Origin: Lama glama | Taxonomy: Eukaryota | Length of the DNA stretch: 64,000 nt | NCBI GenBank assembly: GCA_028534125.1 | Contig: CM052817.1 | Location: 107,944,001 to 108,008,000, forward strand | Direction of reading: 5' to 3' | In this document: piece by piece, positions 52,006 through 64,000 of the stretch | Numbering within the stretch: the first letter of the stretch is position 1 | Layout: each line of letters starts with the position of its first letter | Position numbers and translations under genes: made by a program | Notes under the pieces: model-generated | Database searches by the model: none | What the model was told of the DNA's origin: nothing | What the model saw: the letters and a program-made list of their open reading frames with translations, nothing else

Positions 52006-53698
52006 ATGAGTGGCTCAGGAATTGTGGGTGGCAGCCCCAGGTGTCCTCAGAGGCTGATGAAGAGCAGTCCAGTGTTCTCCCATCCTCTCTCTCTCTGCCA
52101 GATGATGTGATGGCCAAGCCACAGCATGGACGACATCAGGGTTACTGGCACCACGTGGAGAAGGAGCCCGGAGCCCAGCTTGATGGGAATTGTCCATGTC
52201 GGGTGAGTGAGAAAGAAGCCTTCAGAGCGTTAAACCTCAGAGACAGTGAGTCTGTTACTGTCTGACTCCTGTTCATGTGTCTGGTTTACAGTCTAGCGTC
52301 TGGGGTCTGTCCATCACACTTAACGGCCAACCTGCCCATTCGTCATGGCCACTTCCTCCTGCTAGAAACCCCCTGCAGAGACATCACGCGCTCCACTCAC
52401 TGTGACCCCGTGGCACTAAATAAAACTGTGAAGTCAATGTTACTGGTTTTCATTGTTGAAATGTCCCCATCCACTACATCCACTCACTTCCCATTCTATT
52501 CAGTCGAGCCTTTGTGTTTAATGTGATGACTTGTGTTGTATTTTTACTGTAATCATCCAAGAAACATTTTAACAAAGAATTGAAGCTCTGCCTATTGAAA
52601 TTCTAATATGAATGCCTAAGGAGGCCATGTGGAGATTTCACGTTCCCTCCGGTCCTCCACCTTGTCTCCGTGAGTGTTCCTCACCACCAGCTCTCTCTGG
52701 TATTGATCTAGAAGGGAAAATGTGACATACAAGTCAATGAAGGGAAAAGGGCAGACTGGGAGTTCTGAAGTGCCACGGAATAGGATTTTTAGACCTCTAA
52801 AAATGAGAAGAATGGCTGTATTTTTAATCACTCATTTTAAATCCCATAATATATATAAAATTAAATTGCTGAGTTGGATGAGATATAGAACTTTTTCATA
52901 TATATGCACATATTAAAAGCCATTGACTGAGGCTTCAAATTCTGTTGCTTCTATGCATTTTTTCAGAGATAAGTGCATGCTAAAAGATACACTGAACAAT
53001 TTAATAAGAAAATTTCCCCTCAATGCTTATCTTCATTTGATGATTTTACTCAGTAAAGACAAAGTTTTATGAGCTACTTTATAGTTTATTGGCAAAAAGG
53101 AAATATGAAAATATAATTCTCTATTTCTGTTGCATGGTAGTCAGATCATCTAAATCTCAGGTGTTCAGGGGATTTCTCCCCAGCTGTCTGGCATGGGATG
53201 CATGTATTTATGTTTCAGGAGGCTAATAAAATCTTTAATTATATGGCATGTCTGTGATTTAGTTTTTAATCACATTGCAATAGTCAAATATCACTAAATA
53301 ATAAAGCTGCAAAAGAAATTATTTTCCTCCGCTGATAATTCATACGTAGAACATTTCTTGTCCTCAGAATGCTCCCGTTGAGTCAGGCTTCATTGGGAGA
53401 AATAAAGTGGGATAATGAAGAATCCATAGAAAAGTGTAGAATTTTAGAGTCCATGAAATATTAACAAGAAGAATCTAATTGCTCTCTCAAACCTGCCTAT
53501 TTTGTATTTTAAATATCTGCCAACCTGAACTTTGTATCCAGCTCCTACACCGCCACTGTTGTTCAGTTACCTAACTGTTCATCTCACCTAATAGTTAGAC
53601 TGATGCTTCTTCTGCCTCTTGTGTCTCCACAAATCAACTAGAGCAAACATTTTAAGATGTAAATCTGATCGTTGCGTCCGTCCTGCACCGTTCTAGCT

Positions 53699-54149
53699 GT
53701 GGTCTGTTGCTCCTCCCCCTTTCCCATACCTATCCTGAGCCTGGAAAAGCCCAATGCCCTTGCCAGCAAGGTCCCAGACATTGTTTAGGTTCTATCAGTA
53801 TGGTGCGATCTTCCGGGGTGAGTGAGATAGAGCAACAGTAGGCATTCTTCCAGTGACAGAGGTGATACATAAGTGGGGCTCGGCACGCGTGAGTTTCTGT
53901 GGCGATTTATGTTGCTGTCTCAGAGACCTCGGCGCTGGCTTCCTAACCTTGACTGACCTCTGTGTTCTGATGAGACTTTTGACATTGCAGCACAGCTGGA
54001 GAAGGGCAACTGCAAACCGGAGGTTTGGGGATTTTACTGTTTCAGATTTTCCAACAGATTTATTAGTGTCCATTCCCCTCTATGGAATCCCCTCTGCTTG
54101 AAATACACAGACTGGTTTCTATTTTCCTGACTTGAGTCTGACTAATATG
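53699..54149 (+). mobile_element. LTR33-like ERVL LTR
   Basis: 3' end GCTTGAAATACACAGACTGGTTTCTATTTTCCTGACTTGAGTCTGACTAATA resembles the LTR33 terminus. Confidence 0.6.
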
Positions 54150-55318
54150 CCTACTTTTTAAATTTTTCAGCAGCTTTCTACTGCAATACAAATGAAGAGG
54201 ATTCTGTCCAGTCTTCTAAATAGTTCTGGTCCAGCCTCATCTTGTACCAGCCATCCATGTTCTGGGATTTTATAGCTGCTTAAGTCTTCAGCAATGCCAT
54301 GAACTCAGTTCTAGTTTTCTGACATCTGGTAATGATCAGCTTGCCTGACTGCCAAGTGCTAAAATAAATCACTACTTTTTAACACCCTGATTTCCAGCTT
54401 ACCCTTTACCATGATTTTTTTAATAGCCCCTTGCTCAGAACATTTTAATGGTTTCCTAATCTCTGTCAAAGAACTACAAACTCGGTCTTCAAAGCCAAAG
54501 AGCTGATCTCTCTCCTTTCTTATATATCTGATGTGTATTTGTTTAGGATGCTTGATGCTTTCACAAAACAATACTCTTACAAACTGTTTTGCATCTGAGA
54601 TATCTCTTCCCCCTAAGCCTCCTCTAAACTTTACCAGGCAGAAACTCACCCATTTCCCAAGAGACTTCTCAAAGGTGATTTAGAAATTTCTGCTGCTCCC
54701 AACCAGATATATATTCTTCTGAACTTAATTACATATAAAATTTGGCTTATGAGTATTGTGATCTTTGTATTGAGGTTTCTAGGTTCATTCTTCTGGCCAA
54801 GAACACCATACAAGAGAAACTATTTTCCTTTGTTCTGAGAAAATATTCTGATGCTCTAATAGAGATGTAAAATCTAAAAAATGTTAGATGTAAAATAACT
54901 TCACTAATCAAATATTTTTAAGACTGTCAAAGGTAAAAATTGGTGGAGAAAATATATGCTAGTCCTTGCCAGGGTACCAGGACCCCCTCTACAATATATT
55001 AGGACTCATGTATCTCATTTATAAATATCTTAATTGGTTATCAAGAAAGATCACATTTAAGATGCAGCAGAGAACTAGTCTTAAGTAAAGCTCATTCTTA
55101 TCTCAATGCACTGCCTCACATAATGTTTTGTGTAAAACATTAGTACTTATAATTCAAAATATAAAATCTTTTGAATCCTATGACATCTTTTTGTTCTGAA
55201 AACAGCTCTATAAATTGTACATTATAATATATATGAGGATAGTATCATATTGTATGAAGTTTTATTATATCTAATACACATAATATATAGGTAAAATATC
55301 TGAGGTCTGGAATATTTA

Positions 55319-55748
55319 TTTTATTTTATTTTAATTGAAGTGTAGTTGATGTGCAACGTTGTGTTAGTTTCAGTTGTACAGTAACGTGAATCATTTATAC
55401 GTATATATTCTTTCTCATATTATTTTTCATTATAGATTACTACAAGGTATTGAATATGGTTCACTGCACGACAGTAAGGCCTTGTAGTTTACCTATTTTA
55501 TATGCAGTGGTGTGTATCTGCTAGTCCCAAACTCCTAATTTATCCCTCCCCTCCTTTCCCCTTTGGTAACCATAAGTTTGTTTTCTGTGTCTGTGAGTCT
55601 TTTCCTGTTTTGTAGGTAAGTTCATTTGTATCATTTTTTTTCCTGTTCCACACATACCTGGTATCATCTGATACTTTTCTTTCTCTGTGTGACCGACTTC
55701 ACTTAGTGTGATCACCTCTAGGTTCATCCGTGTTGCTGCGAATGGGAC
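55319..55748 (-). mobile_element. L1 3' end inserted in a MIR-like sequence
   Basis: Perfect 12-bp TSD CTGGAATATTTA at 55307-55318 and 55749-55760. Confidence 0.93.
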
Positions 55749-57029
55749 CTGGAATATTTAAGTGACTTGTCTAAGACCAAACATTGTTGGGAATTAAGCC
55801 AAGTCCTTCTCATTCACATTCAGTCCAAAAGATAGTCTTATAAATTGGTTGACTGATTGAACAGAATACCCATTGGATAAAGCATTGTAAAATGTGAAAG
55901 TTTTTAAACTTTTCCTTGATGCTTTTACTATGGCAGTGAGAAAGGTTCAGGTGGCCCATTTCCTGGGAAGACACCCTTTGCTACCATACGGGATATGGTC
56001 ATTGCAATCCAAACACATGGGCTGAAGCTTCATCAACAGTAAAAATCTGCTCTTCATTTGTAAAATGAAATACTTGAGAGTCAAGTGGATTCAAACATAC
56101 AGGCTTTTAAGAGTGGGGAAAAAATCTATTTCTTTGCCAAGGAACTAATAAAGCTAAGCTCATTAAAATTTCAGTAATGGAATCAAACTCTAGTTGTCCC
56201 GTATAATCAAACCCATAAACCAGGTGAAGTGATATTATGAAAATAATAATTGAATAAACTGTGTAATGAATAAGAGATCTGTTCTTGAGGTTTTCCTACA
56301 GGTTTACAACAACACTTTAATTGAACATTTTCGCTTTTGTAGTTTACCATGGTCAGTCTGCGAGGTGGCTGTTTTATTCTGCTTTGCTTCTGGCTGAGTG
56401 TGAAAAGGAAAGGAAGTTTGTGGGGGAGAGAGCTTTTATTTCTATAGAGATGTTGGCAAAAATAGAAAGCGGGGGACAGAAAATTACTAGGTAGGTACTG
56501 TACATCCTGTTTGTGAAAAAGTTCTCTTTTTCAGATGAATGTCAATAGGAATTCTTTTCATTCCCCTTAATTTTCTAGCACACAGTCTCAATATATTCTG
56601 ACATTTATTTTAACAAAAGAAATGTTAAAGGGATCAGAGTTTTATATAAAATCCTTCTATGTACGAATTCCTCTAGATACTGTGTTTCTTTGTTTTGCTT
56701 AAAGTACACTTCTTGTTGGCATCCATCCTTGCTCTACTTTGCATGATTTCTCTTGTTTGGGGCCATACGAGTCACTGAAAAGAGATAGTGACTTGTCTGT
56801 TTTTCTAATACACATCATTCTTTTAGGTGACTAACTCCATTTGATGCTGCATTCATTTCTTAATAAAATAACCTTTGAGAAAGATATAAAATTAACATGC
56901 AAAAGTCCACAGCCTTCACATAAAAACTGGTAAGAAGATACAATAGAAGAGACAATCTTGTTTAAAAGGCAACAAAAATATAAAATGATTCATAACCATC
57001 TTTAACAAGAGCTGTTCAAAACCACTTCC

Positions 57030-57605
57030 ATTTACAGAAAGGAACTTTACACTTACAGAAAAGTTGTAAAAAATAATGCACTTATCTTTCCCCAAGCCTC
57101 TCCAGATGTTAATATATTGCCTGATGATACAATAATCAGAACCAGGAAATTGATGTTGGTATAATATCATTAGTAGAAGACTTGAGTCAAATCTCACCAG
57201 ATCTTTCACTGAGGTCCTTCTGTATTTCCAGGTCCTACTCAGGTTGCCTATAGTCTCTTCTTCCCCTTCGCCTCCTGCAGGCTGATACAGTTCCCAAGTC
57301 CTTCTTGTGTTTCACAGTCTTGATACTTTCAAAGAGTGTTGGCCATCTGTTTCGCTGAACATGCCTCATTTGAGGTTTGTCTCCCGTTTTCTCATGATTG
57401 GGGGAGATACATTTTTGACAAGAGTAGATAGCAATGGCATTGTGCCCTCAGTGGCTCACATTTTCAGGTTCACTATATTGTCTTATTTTTGATGTGTTTC
57501 ACCTTGATCACTTGGCATCCCCCACTGTCAAGTTTCTGCCAGCTCTTTTTCCCTGTAAAGATTTATCTTTTCCCTTGAATTTAATGACTATCTTGGAGGA
57601 GATCG
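57030..57605 (-). mobile_element. Ancient L1MC-type 3'UTR
   Basis: TACACTTACAGAAAAGTTGTAAAAA..AACCAGGAAATTGATGTTGGTA..CCTTGATCACTTGG. Confidence 0.7.
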
Positions 57606-59317
57606 TTGTTCTCAAATGTTCTCTCACTGGTTCTAGCACCTTATAAATGGTGTTGGGCAACCCTATAAACATCTGAAAAGATACAAAAATTGAGAAAAAA
57701 AATACCAAAAATCCTTAGAAAAATGGACACAAAGCCTGAATGAACAACTCACATAAAAGTATTAACAATGTCCTAACTTCAAGCAAATTAAGAGAAACGA
57801 AAATTAAATCTTCTCTAATGTATCATTTCTTTCCCATCATATTGACAAAAAAAGTTAAATCTTAACAATACACTCTGTTGATGAGACTCTGGGGAAATAG
57901 TCACTTTCAGCCACTGGTGGTGAAAAATTCAAGGTGTTGCCGTACCTGAGTCACAGGCACATCCCACAGGAGCAATAAGGTAGACTGAGGCAATTATTTG
58001 CAGGAGTCCTTATTAAGTATAAAAATGAGGATAATGAAGTGCAAAAGACTTATAGTATGCTGCACATTATGTGAAGAAAAAAGAGAAATAGAAACAAACT
58101 GAAATGCATTTATCTGTATTTAAGAAGCATTGGGAGGATAAATACCAAAACAATAAAAATGATCACTTTCAGAGGATTCTGGGAACAGTAAAGTCAAGGT
58201 ATGAGAGAGGAAGTGGTCCCACTTTGGGCTTACTTTGTTGTAGAAAAAATGCTAGGTATCTTTAATATTATAAAATTTTATACTTCACAGTTGTTCTTTA
58301 ACATTTTGACAGTTGGAAGAATGTTTATATTCTACAGATTGAAAACACAATAAACCATGAAGGGTGTGAGGAAAATGACTAAGACAAACAAATAAAACAT
58401 ACAGCATTTCATAAGCTAGAGAAGCATAAATAGCTAATAGAAGTAACTTTTAAAACAATATTTTCACTAAATACTCTGAGTCTAGGGAGAAAAATGAAAC
58501 AGAACGGCAAACAAAGCAAGGACTCTTTTTCATAGGTTGGTTTTACATAGCAATATGAAAGTAGCAGCTCTGAATCTATTTTATGTGTGTTGTGACATTA
58601 GGCAAATAAATAAATGGAGTGATATTTGGGGGAAACAGAGATTTCCCTAGATTAAAAAAAAAAGGAAATATGAAGAAAAAAAGCAACTGAAGAGCAAACA
58701 TTTGGAATGAAATTGGGAGAGTCAGCATGAACTCATGATTTCTAGTATGATAAACACATATTTCTAATTCTCCCTCTGTACAGAGAAAAGCAGAGTGTTA
58801 AAGATAAAACAAACAAACAAACAAAGAGCCCCCAAACAACAAAGCTAAGAGTGAAAACAGCAATCTGTTGTCTCTCTGCTGCCATTACCAGATCTTTGAC
58901 TAAGTCACTAGCATTGCAGAGCCTTATTTTTATCATCTGCAAAACCACAGGTCACACATCTATGAAAACATGTGGTGGGCATTCCAACGCAGAAACATGT
59001 AAAGGTGATCTTTCTTAGAGACGTTAAGACCATTACTATTATAAAATGAAGAGATCACATTAAAGGGAGGCTGCATCTCTTCCAGAACTTCTACTGGAAT
59101 GTGCAGGCTCTGGCCTCTGGCCCCTCTGCGAATATGCTGTGGGGCGGCCAGTCCTGAATCACCTCTGGCACCAGTGAAACCCACCATAACTGATAGCGTA
59201 GCTGTGTACTGAGCAAAACCTCATCATTCTCACTGTGGGATGGTTACACATGCAACCTTGGGGAAGTCCATGCCAGTTTAAAAATCACATGTTTTAATTA
59301 CTTACCTGCTGTCTTCT

Positions 59318-59804
59318 TGTTATGGACTGAATGTTTGTGTCCTTTCAAAAGTCGTATGTTGAACCCCTGACTCCCAGGCTGATGGTGTTAGAAGGTGGAC
59401 CTCTGGGAGATACTCAGACATCAGTGAGGTCATGAGGGTGAGGTCTTCATGATGGGATCAGTGCTCTTACAGGAAAAGATCAGGGAGTCTGCACTCTGCC
59501 TGTGAGGGTATTATCTGCAAGCCAAGTGGAGGACCCTCAGCACAATGCAACCATGCCAGCATCCTGATCTCAACTCCCCAGCCTCCAGAAGGGTGATAAA
59601 TTTCTCTTCTTAGAATATGGAAACAAATATATGTATGCTCATGTATGACTGAAACGTGACACTGTACAGCAGAAGTTGACACAACATTGTAAACTGACTA
59701 AACTTCAATAAAAAATATATATACATTTATACACTAAAACATTTCTGTGGTTTAAGCCACCTAGTCTATGGTAATTTTTATAGCAGCCTGAGCTGACTGA
59801 AACA
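59318..59804 (+). mobile_element. MLT1A/B-type MaLR LTR with a ~120-bp L1 tail inserted at about 59611-59740
   Basis: TGTTATGGACTGAATGTTTGTGTCC start and TTTAAGCCACCTAGTCTATGG..AGCAGCCTGAGCTGACTGAAACA end, with an L1 terminal motif inside. Confidence 0.9.
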
Positions 59805-60654
59805 CTTACTAAAGAATTCAAATAGCATCTTTTATCTGCATTTTTAATAAACTTGAAATAATGTCTTAAACATATTATTTGCACTTTATAAAATCCTATC
59901 TGGATGACTTTTTGGAAAGGATAAACCATATAATATATAAACTGTGTGCAATTTTTCAACCAATAGTTTCTTTTTAAATGATCCCTTTTTATATTCCCAA
60001 AGGCACAACTGAGTATTGAATAAAATACCACATTGAATATTGAATTGAATATAACTTCTTCCATTATATAAGTCAAAAATAGTGAAATCACTTGACAAAT
60101 TAATATCACTCAAGAAATCTTACAATCTCTTAAGTCAAAGGATTTTGCATGTAAATGAAATTGATTCTCTTTAAAATGATGATGTCTGTTGGAGCCCACA
60201 CCTATAAAATATCGATACATTTCTTCCTCCAAAAAAAGGGACTATGCTAATATTCCAGAAAGCGACCAAAGGCCACTGCTCCAGATCTCCTGTGGCTTTG
60301 GAAACACGAGTCCTCAGCCAGTGTTTTAGCAAAGTGTCTTCTCAGTGCTGCGTCAGATCAGCCACTTGGGAAATACTGTGATGACTGGGAGAGGCACCAT
60401 ATAACCTCAAGGGGAGAAAGGGCAATTCCAATTTATTATCATAATTCTTCTAGTATGGAAGTGTAAATGTTTTATCTTTTAATTTCTTTGTACTGAAGAT
60501 GCCAGCTATAGTTAAGATTGAGGCTAGAGATTTTTAGTGGAAGTACAGAGATGGGTGTGTATATGTGTGTGTCTGTGTGGGTGGTTCTTAGACTAAATGC
60601 ATTACATTGACAATAAATCATAATTTCAAACCATGTAGAATAATAACATTAATT

Positions 60655-61510
60655 GGCAGTGCTCTGGGCAGTCCCAGGGATGTGTGTCCTGCTTACACAG
60701 GTGTTCCGATGGAACAGACCCGGGAACCCCCTATCCAGCCTCCCACCACCTTCCAGCCATTTTTCCAGTTGCAACCTTCAGAACCAGCCACTCTGCAACC
60801 CTCGGTCTCTGGAACCAGCCAAGACCATCCTTCGAGCTTAGCTTCTTGTTACGGATCAACCTTGAGCCCCCAGATTGGTCAGAATTACTCCACCAGGTGG
60901 AGGCTGCCCTCATCTGCCCTGTCACCCTGCACCTGTGGGCCCCCTCCACTTACCTCTCTCTGGGCTCCTATTTCCCCCACGACCAGGCAGCTCTGGAGGC
61001 CGTGGGCCACTGCGCCTCAAATTGGCCAAGGAGAAATGCAAGGGCCAAGAGTATCTCTTGAAGATGCAAAGCCAGCGGGCAGCCTCACCCTCTTTCAGAA
61101 TGAGAAGCCACCCCAAGAGGAGCAGGGTGAAACCCAGGATGCTGCGGAAGCACCAGGGTCCTGGGGAAGAACCTGAACCTTTCGGGTCCGCCTGCCCTGG
61201 GCTCTGCCTGCAGACCCCTCCTCCGTGACTTCCTGGAGATGCACCTCCTGGAGGCGCAGGTGAGACTCATCCAGAAGACGGGCGGTGGACCACCTGGCCC
61301 TCCTGTGCAGGTGGGCTGGTCCCCGGGGGCTGGGCTGGTGTCCCTCCCGAGGGCTCAATCCCAAGCATGACTCAGGGGCTCTGGAGGCCAGCGGCCTTGG
61401 GTGGGGGGGCCCGCTGGTGTCAGGGCTTCTGCCTGAAGCTTTTCAACCATCTTGGAGCCCTCTCTCCAGCCTTGGACCAAATGGAAACAATAAAGATTTT
61501 TGCAGCAAAA
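60655..61510 (+). pseudogene. FTL: Processed pseudogene of ferritin light chain (former CDS about 60862-61374)
   Basis: Intronless. Peptides across frames (SPQIGQNYST, VEAA, TYLSLGSYF, LAKEKCKGQEYLLKMQSQR, DFLEMHLLEAQVRLIQK, DHL, KHD) follow the FTL order. FTL-like 5'UTR, ATG mutated to TTG at 60862, several indels, AATAAA at 61489-61494 and a short A tail. Confidence 0.95.
60684..60716 (+). promoter_or_regulatory. Degenerate iron-responsive element (IRE) remnant of the FTL retrocopy, probably non-functional
   Basis: CCTGCTTACACAGGTGTTCCGATGGAACA versus canonical FTL CTTGCTTCAACAGTGTTTGGACGGAACA. The loop has an extra G and the upper stem is mispaired. Confidence 0.8.
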
Positions 61511-61644
61511 ATAATTAATTCTACATTTTCTTGATTATAATACTGCTGCTGGATAAACAAATGGAGTAAATAAACATTTATTTCATGATATACATTTGCA
61601 GTGAGCTAAGAATATTCGAATATGTGTGATTGTATTTGTCTTAT

Positions 61645-62167
61645 TGTTATCAAGTCCAAACTCACTCTTCTCGCCCATGACAGGCCAATAAACTGGGAGA
61701 CAAGGTGTTGGGACAAGGAATAACGACTTTATTGGGAAAGCCAGCAGACCAAACAGATGTCTGACTAATGTCCTGGAGAACCATCTCCCCCAAGTCAGAA
61801 TTCTGGCTCATTTTTATACTTAAAAAAAAAAGGAGAAGATGTGCTTGGTTGTTGCAAGCTTCTTGGTGTCAGAATCCTTTGTTCTTGCAGCTGTCCACGT
61901 GGGTCAGGTCATGGTGTCCCTGTAAACCTCCAACAAGACAAACGTTACTTTCTATTCTGCAAATTGTTATTTCTATGTGAATGGGAAAGTGTTACATCCT
62001 TAAAGATCAAAGCCCTGAGGATGGGCTGTCCTGTCTATGTCAGACTCTAGGCACCGTTCTTTTACAAAAGGTGCAGAACCGGCATGACTTGAGCCCAGGA
62101 AACAGCAGAGAGTTAGAGCCAAAGGAACAGGTCTGATATCGAGCCAGGTTTGCCCTTTTCTATTAAA
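61645..62167 (-). mobile_element. ERV1-type solo LTR (copy 2, same family as 48099-48617)
   Basis: Shares colinear blocks with copy 1, e.g. CCCCAAGTCAGAATTC, GAATCCTTTGTTCTTGCAGCTGTCCA and TTTTACAAAAGGTGCAGAACC. Confidence 0.88.
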
Positions 62168-63013
62168 GAATGAAGTACTAATAAAGAGGAATGTCTCTTA
62201 AAAGTATTTGTATTTGGCCATACAGTGATTTAGAGAATTTCTCTGACGTCTAATGCTCTGTTCCTTTTTTAATCTCAAGTTCAGAGACGTTCCCCGTTTC
62301 ACACAGTGCATATGGCCAGGGAAACGGTGTGGCCGTGAAGGACGAGAGAGCCTTGTTTTCTGGAGAGTGAGGCTCTGAACTAGAACCATCAGAAGAAAAG
62401 TGGAAACATGAGGCTGAAAGAGGGAATTTAGAGAAAAAAAGGCAGCGGGGCTACATGGATCGTTATAAAGAGATTCTCTTTGACTGCATTTCCAGGAGAG
62501 TTAGAGCTGAAAATTAGGTCCAGAATCTTCCATTTCATGTCCTCTTTAAAAAGGAATGCCTAGTCCAATGTCATAAAGACTGCTTCCAGTTTTTATTTTC
62601 TCTAGAAGCCTTCGTGTTTTACATTTGGGTCTCTGATCTATATAAAATTAAGGTGGTAAGAGTTAGGGGTTCTGATTCATTTTTGTTCATATGGGTTTCC
62701 TGGTTGACTAGTACCATTTCTGTAAGAGATCATCAAATCTCTACTGCACTGTAGCGAGTGCTTTATTTATGTTTTTTGAACATGAGGAGAAAAGGAAGCA
62801 CAGCAAGGTCCTTTGGCTGTCAAAACCACAGTTTCCACCCCTGACTGATTTCTGGGGTACTATCTGTATTACCTCAAAAACATAAGTGGATTTGTTAAGC
62901 ACGTAACTAAATCAGTGAGGAGGCTCTAGATACAAGAAATTTTCCAAATGAAATGCAAAGTGTCTCTGACAACTTGTTTCTGCCACAGAATGGAAACATG
63001 TCTTAGAATAGGG

Positions 63014-63036
63014 TGTGTGTGTGTGTGTGTGTGTGT
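63014..63036. repeat. (TG)n microsatellite
   Basis: Direct reading of the sequence. Confidence 0.95.
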
Positions 63037-63254
63037 CCATGAAGATACTGGGAATAAGACTTTCAAGATAGCCTGGGGAGGTTGTCTTGAGGTTTAAGTG
63101 TCATTTCAGTAGTAAATGTTTTATAGAAGTAGAGAACATTGCCTTAGATGATGACAAAGTAATAGTAGGGGTAAGATATATCTTATGATGAATTGTCCAC
63201 AGTGGATACAAAAACGTTAAAGTTCTTTCTTTGTTTTTTAATTTGCCTTCTCTG

Positions 63255-64000
63255 TTTCTTTTTTATTGAAGTATAGTTAATTTTACAATTTTGTGTTTGT
63301 TTCAGGTGTACTGCATACTGATTAAGTTATATATATTATTTTCATATTCTTTTTCATTATAGGTTATTACAAGATACCAAATAAATTTCCTTGTAGGGGA
63401 ACTATACAGTATGTCCTTATTGTTTATCTATTTTATATACAGTAGTGTGTATGTACAATCTCAAACTCCTAATTTATCACTTTCCCCTTTGGTGACCGTA
63501 AGTTTGTTTTCTATGTCTGTGAGTCTGTTTTTGTTTTGCAAATAAATTCACTTGTATTATTTTTTAGATTCTGCATATAAGTGATATTATATGATATTTG
63601 TCTTTCTCCATCTGACTTACTTCACTTAGTATGATCATCTCTAGGCCCATCCAAGTTGCTGGAAGTGGCATTATTTCATTCTTTTTATGGCTGAGTAGTA
63701 TTCCTTTATTTATATATATATTTATATATATATATGTATATCCCCCACATCTTCTTTATCCAATCATCTGCCGATGGACATATAGGTTGTTTCCATGTCT
63801 TGGCTACTGTATATAGTGCTACTATGAACATTGGGGTGCGTGTGTTTTTTCAAATTAGAGTTCTTTCCAGATATATGCCCAGGAGTGGGATTGCTAGATC
63901 ATACGGTAAGTCCATTTTTAGTTTTTTAAGGAATCTCCATACTGTTTTTCATAGTGGCTGCACCAAATTACATTCCCAGCAACAGTGTAGGAGGGTTCCC
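63255..64000 (-). mobile_element. L1 3'UTR and ORF2 end, continuing beyond the window
   Basis: Antisense L1 3' end, then ORF2 C-terminal sequence to the window edge. Confidence 0.95.

Noticed and set aside
59295..59308. TACTTACCTG resembling the U1 snRNA 5' end
   Set aside because: The match is only 10 nt and nothing U1-like follows. At most it is an isolated minus-strand splice-donor-like site.
60862..61374. Functional ferritin light chain gene
   Set aside because: Start codon mutated to TTG, multiple frameshifts and deletions, and stop codon altered.
48099..62167. Intact provirus between the two similar LTRs
   Set aside because: No gag/pol/env sequence between them, older repeats in the interval, high LTR divergence and no shared TSD.
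1..64000. CRISPR arrays, rRNA, operon-like or defence systems
   Set aside because: Mammalian repeat-rich DNA with no regularly spaced repeat-spacer structure, rRNA similarity or gene cluster seen.

Overview
Mammalian, very probably camelid, genomic DNA. The lineage call rests on three tRNA-Ala-derived Vic-1-type SINEs and one recurring young L1 3' end. The window looks intergenic or intronic and is repeat-dominated, and I found no intact protein-coding gene or RNA gene. It begins in a CpG island (1-660) that abuts a very AT-rich tract, and has a 500-N scaffold gap at 6958-7457. The only recognisable gene-derived sequence is a decayed ferritin light chain (FTL) processed pseudogene at about 60655-61510, with a broken iron-responsive element, lost ATG, frameshifts and a polyA signal. 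The rest is layered mobile DNA: an ERVL-type pol relic; about 15 L1 3' ends, at least two with twin-priming 5' inversions; old L1M, L2 and MIR fragments; MER5A and Tigger2 pieces; MaLR/ERVL LTRs; and several ERV1-type solo LTRs, two of them nested in older LTRs with perfect 4-bp target-site duplications (TSDs). I could not support any new biological system. The best open leads are a pair of phase-compatible candidate exons at 32863-33650 and the possibly lineage-specific LTR families. Repeat subfamily names come from my memory of consensus sequences and need a RepeatMasker/Dfam run.
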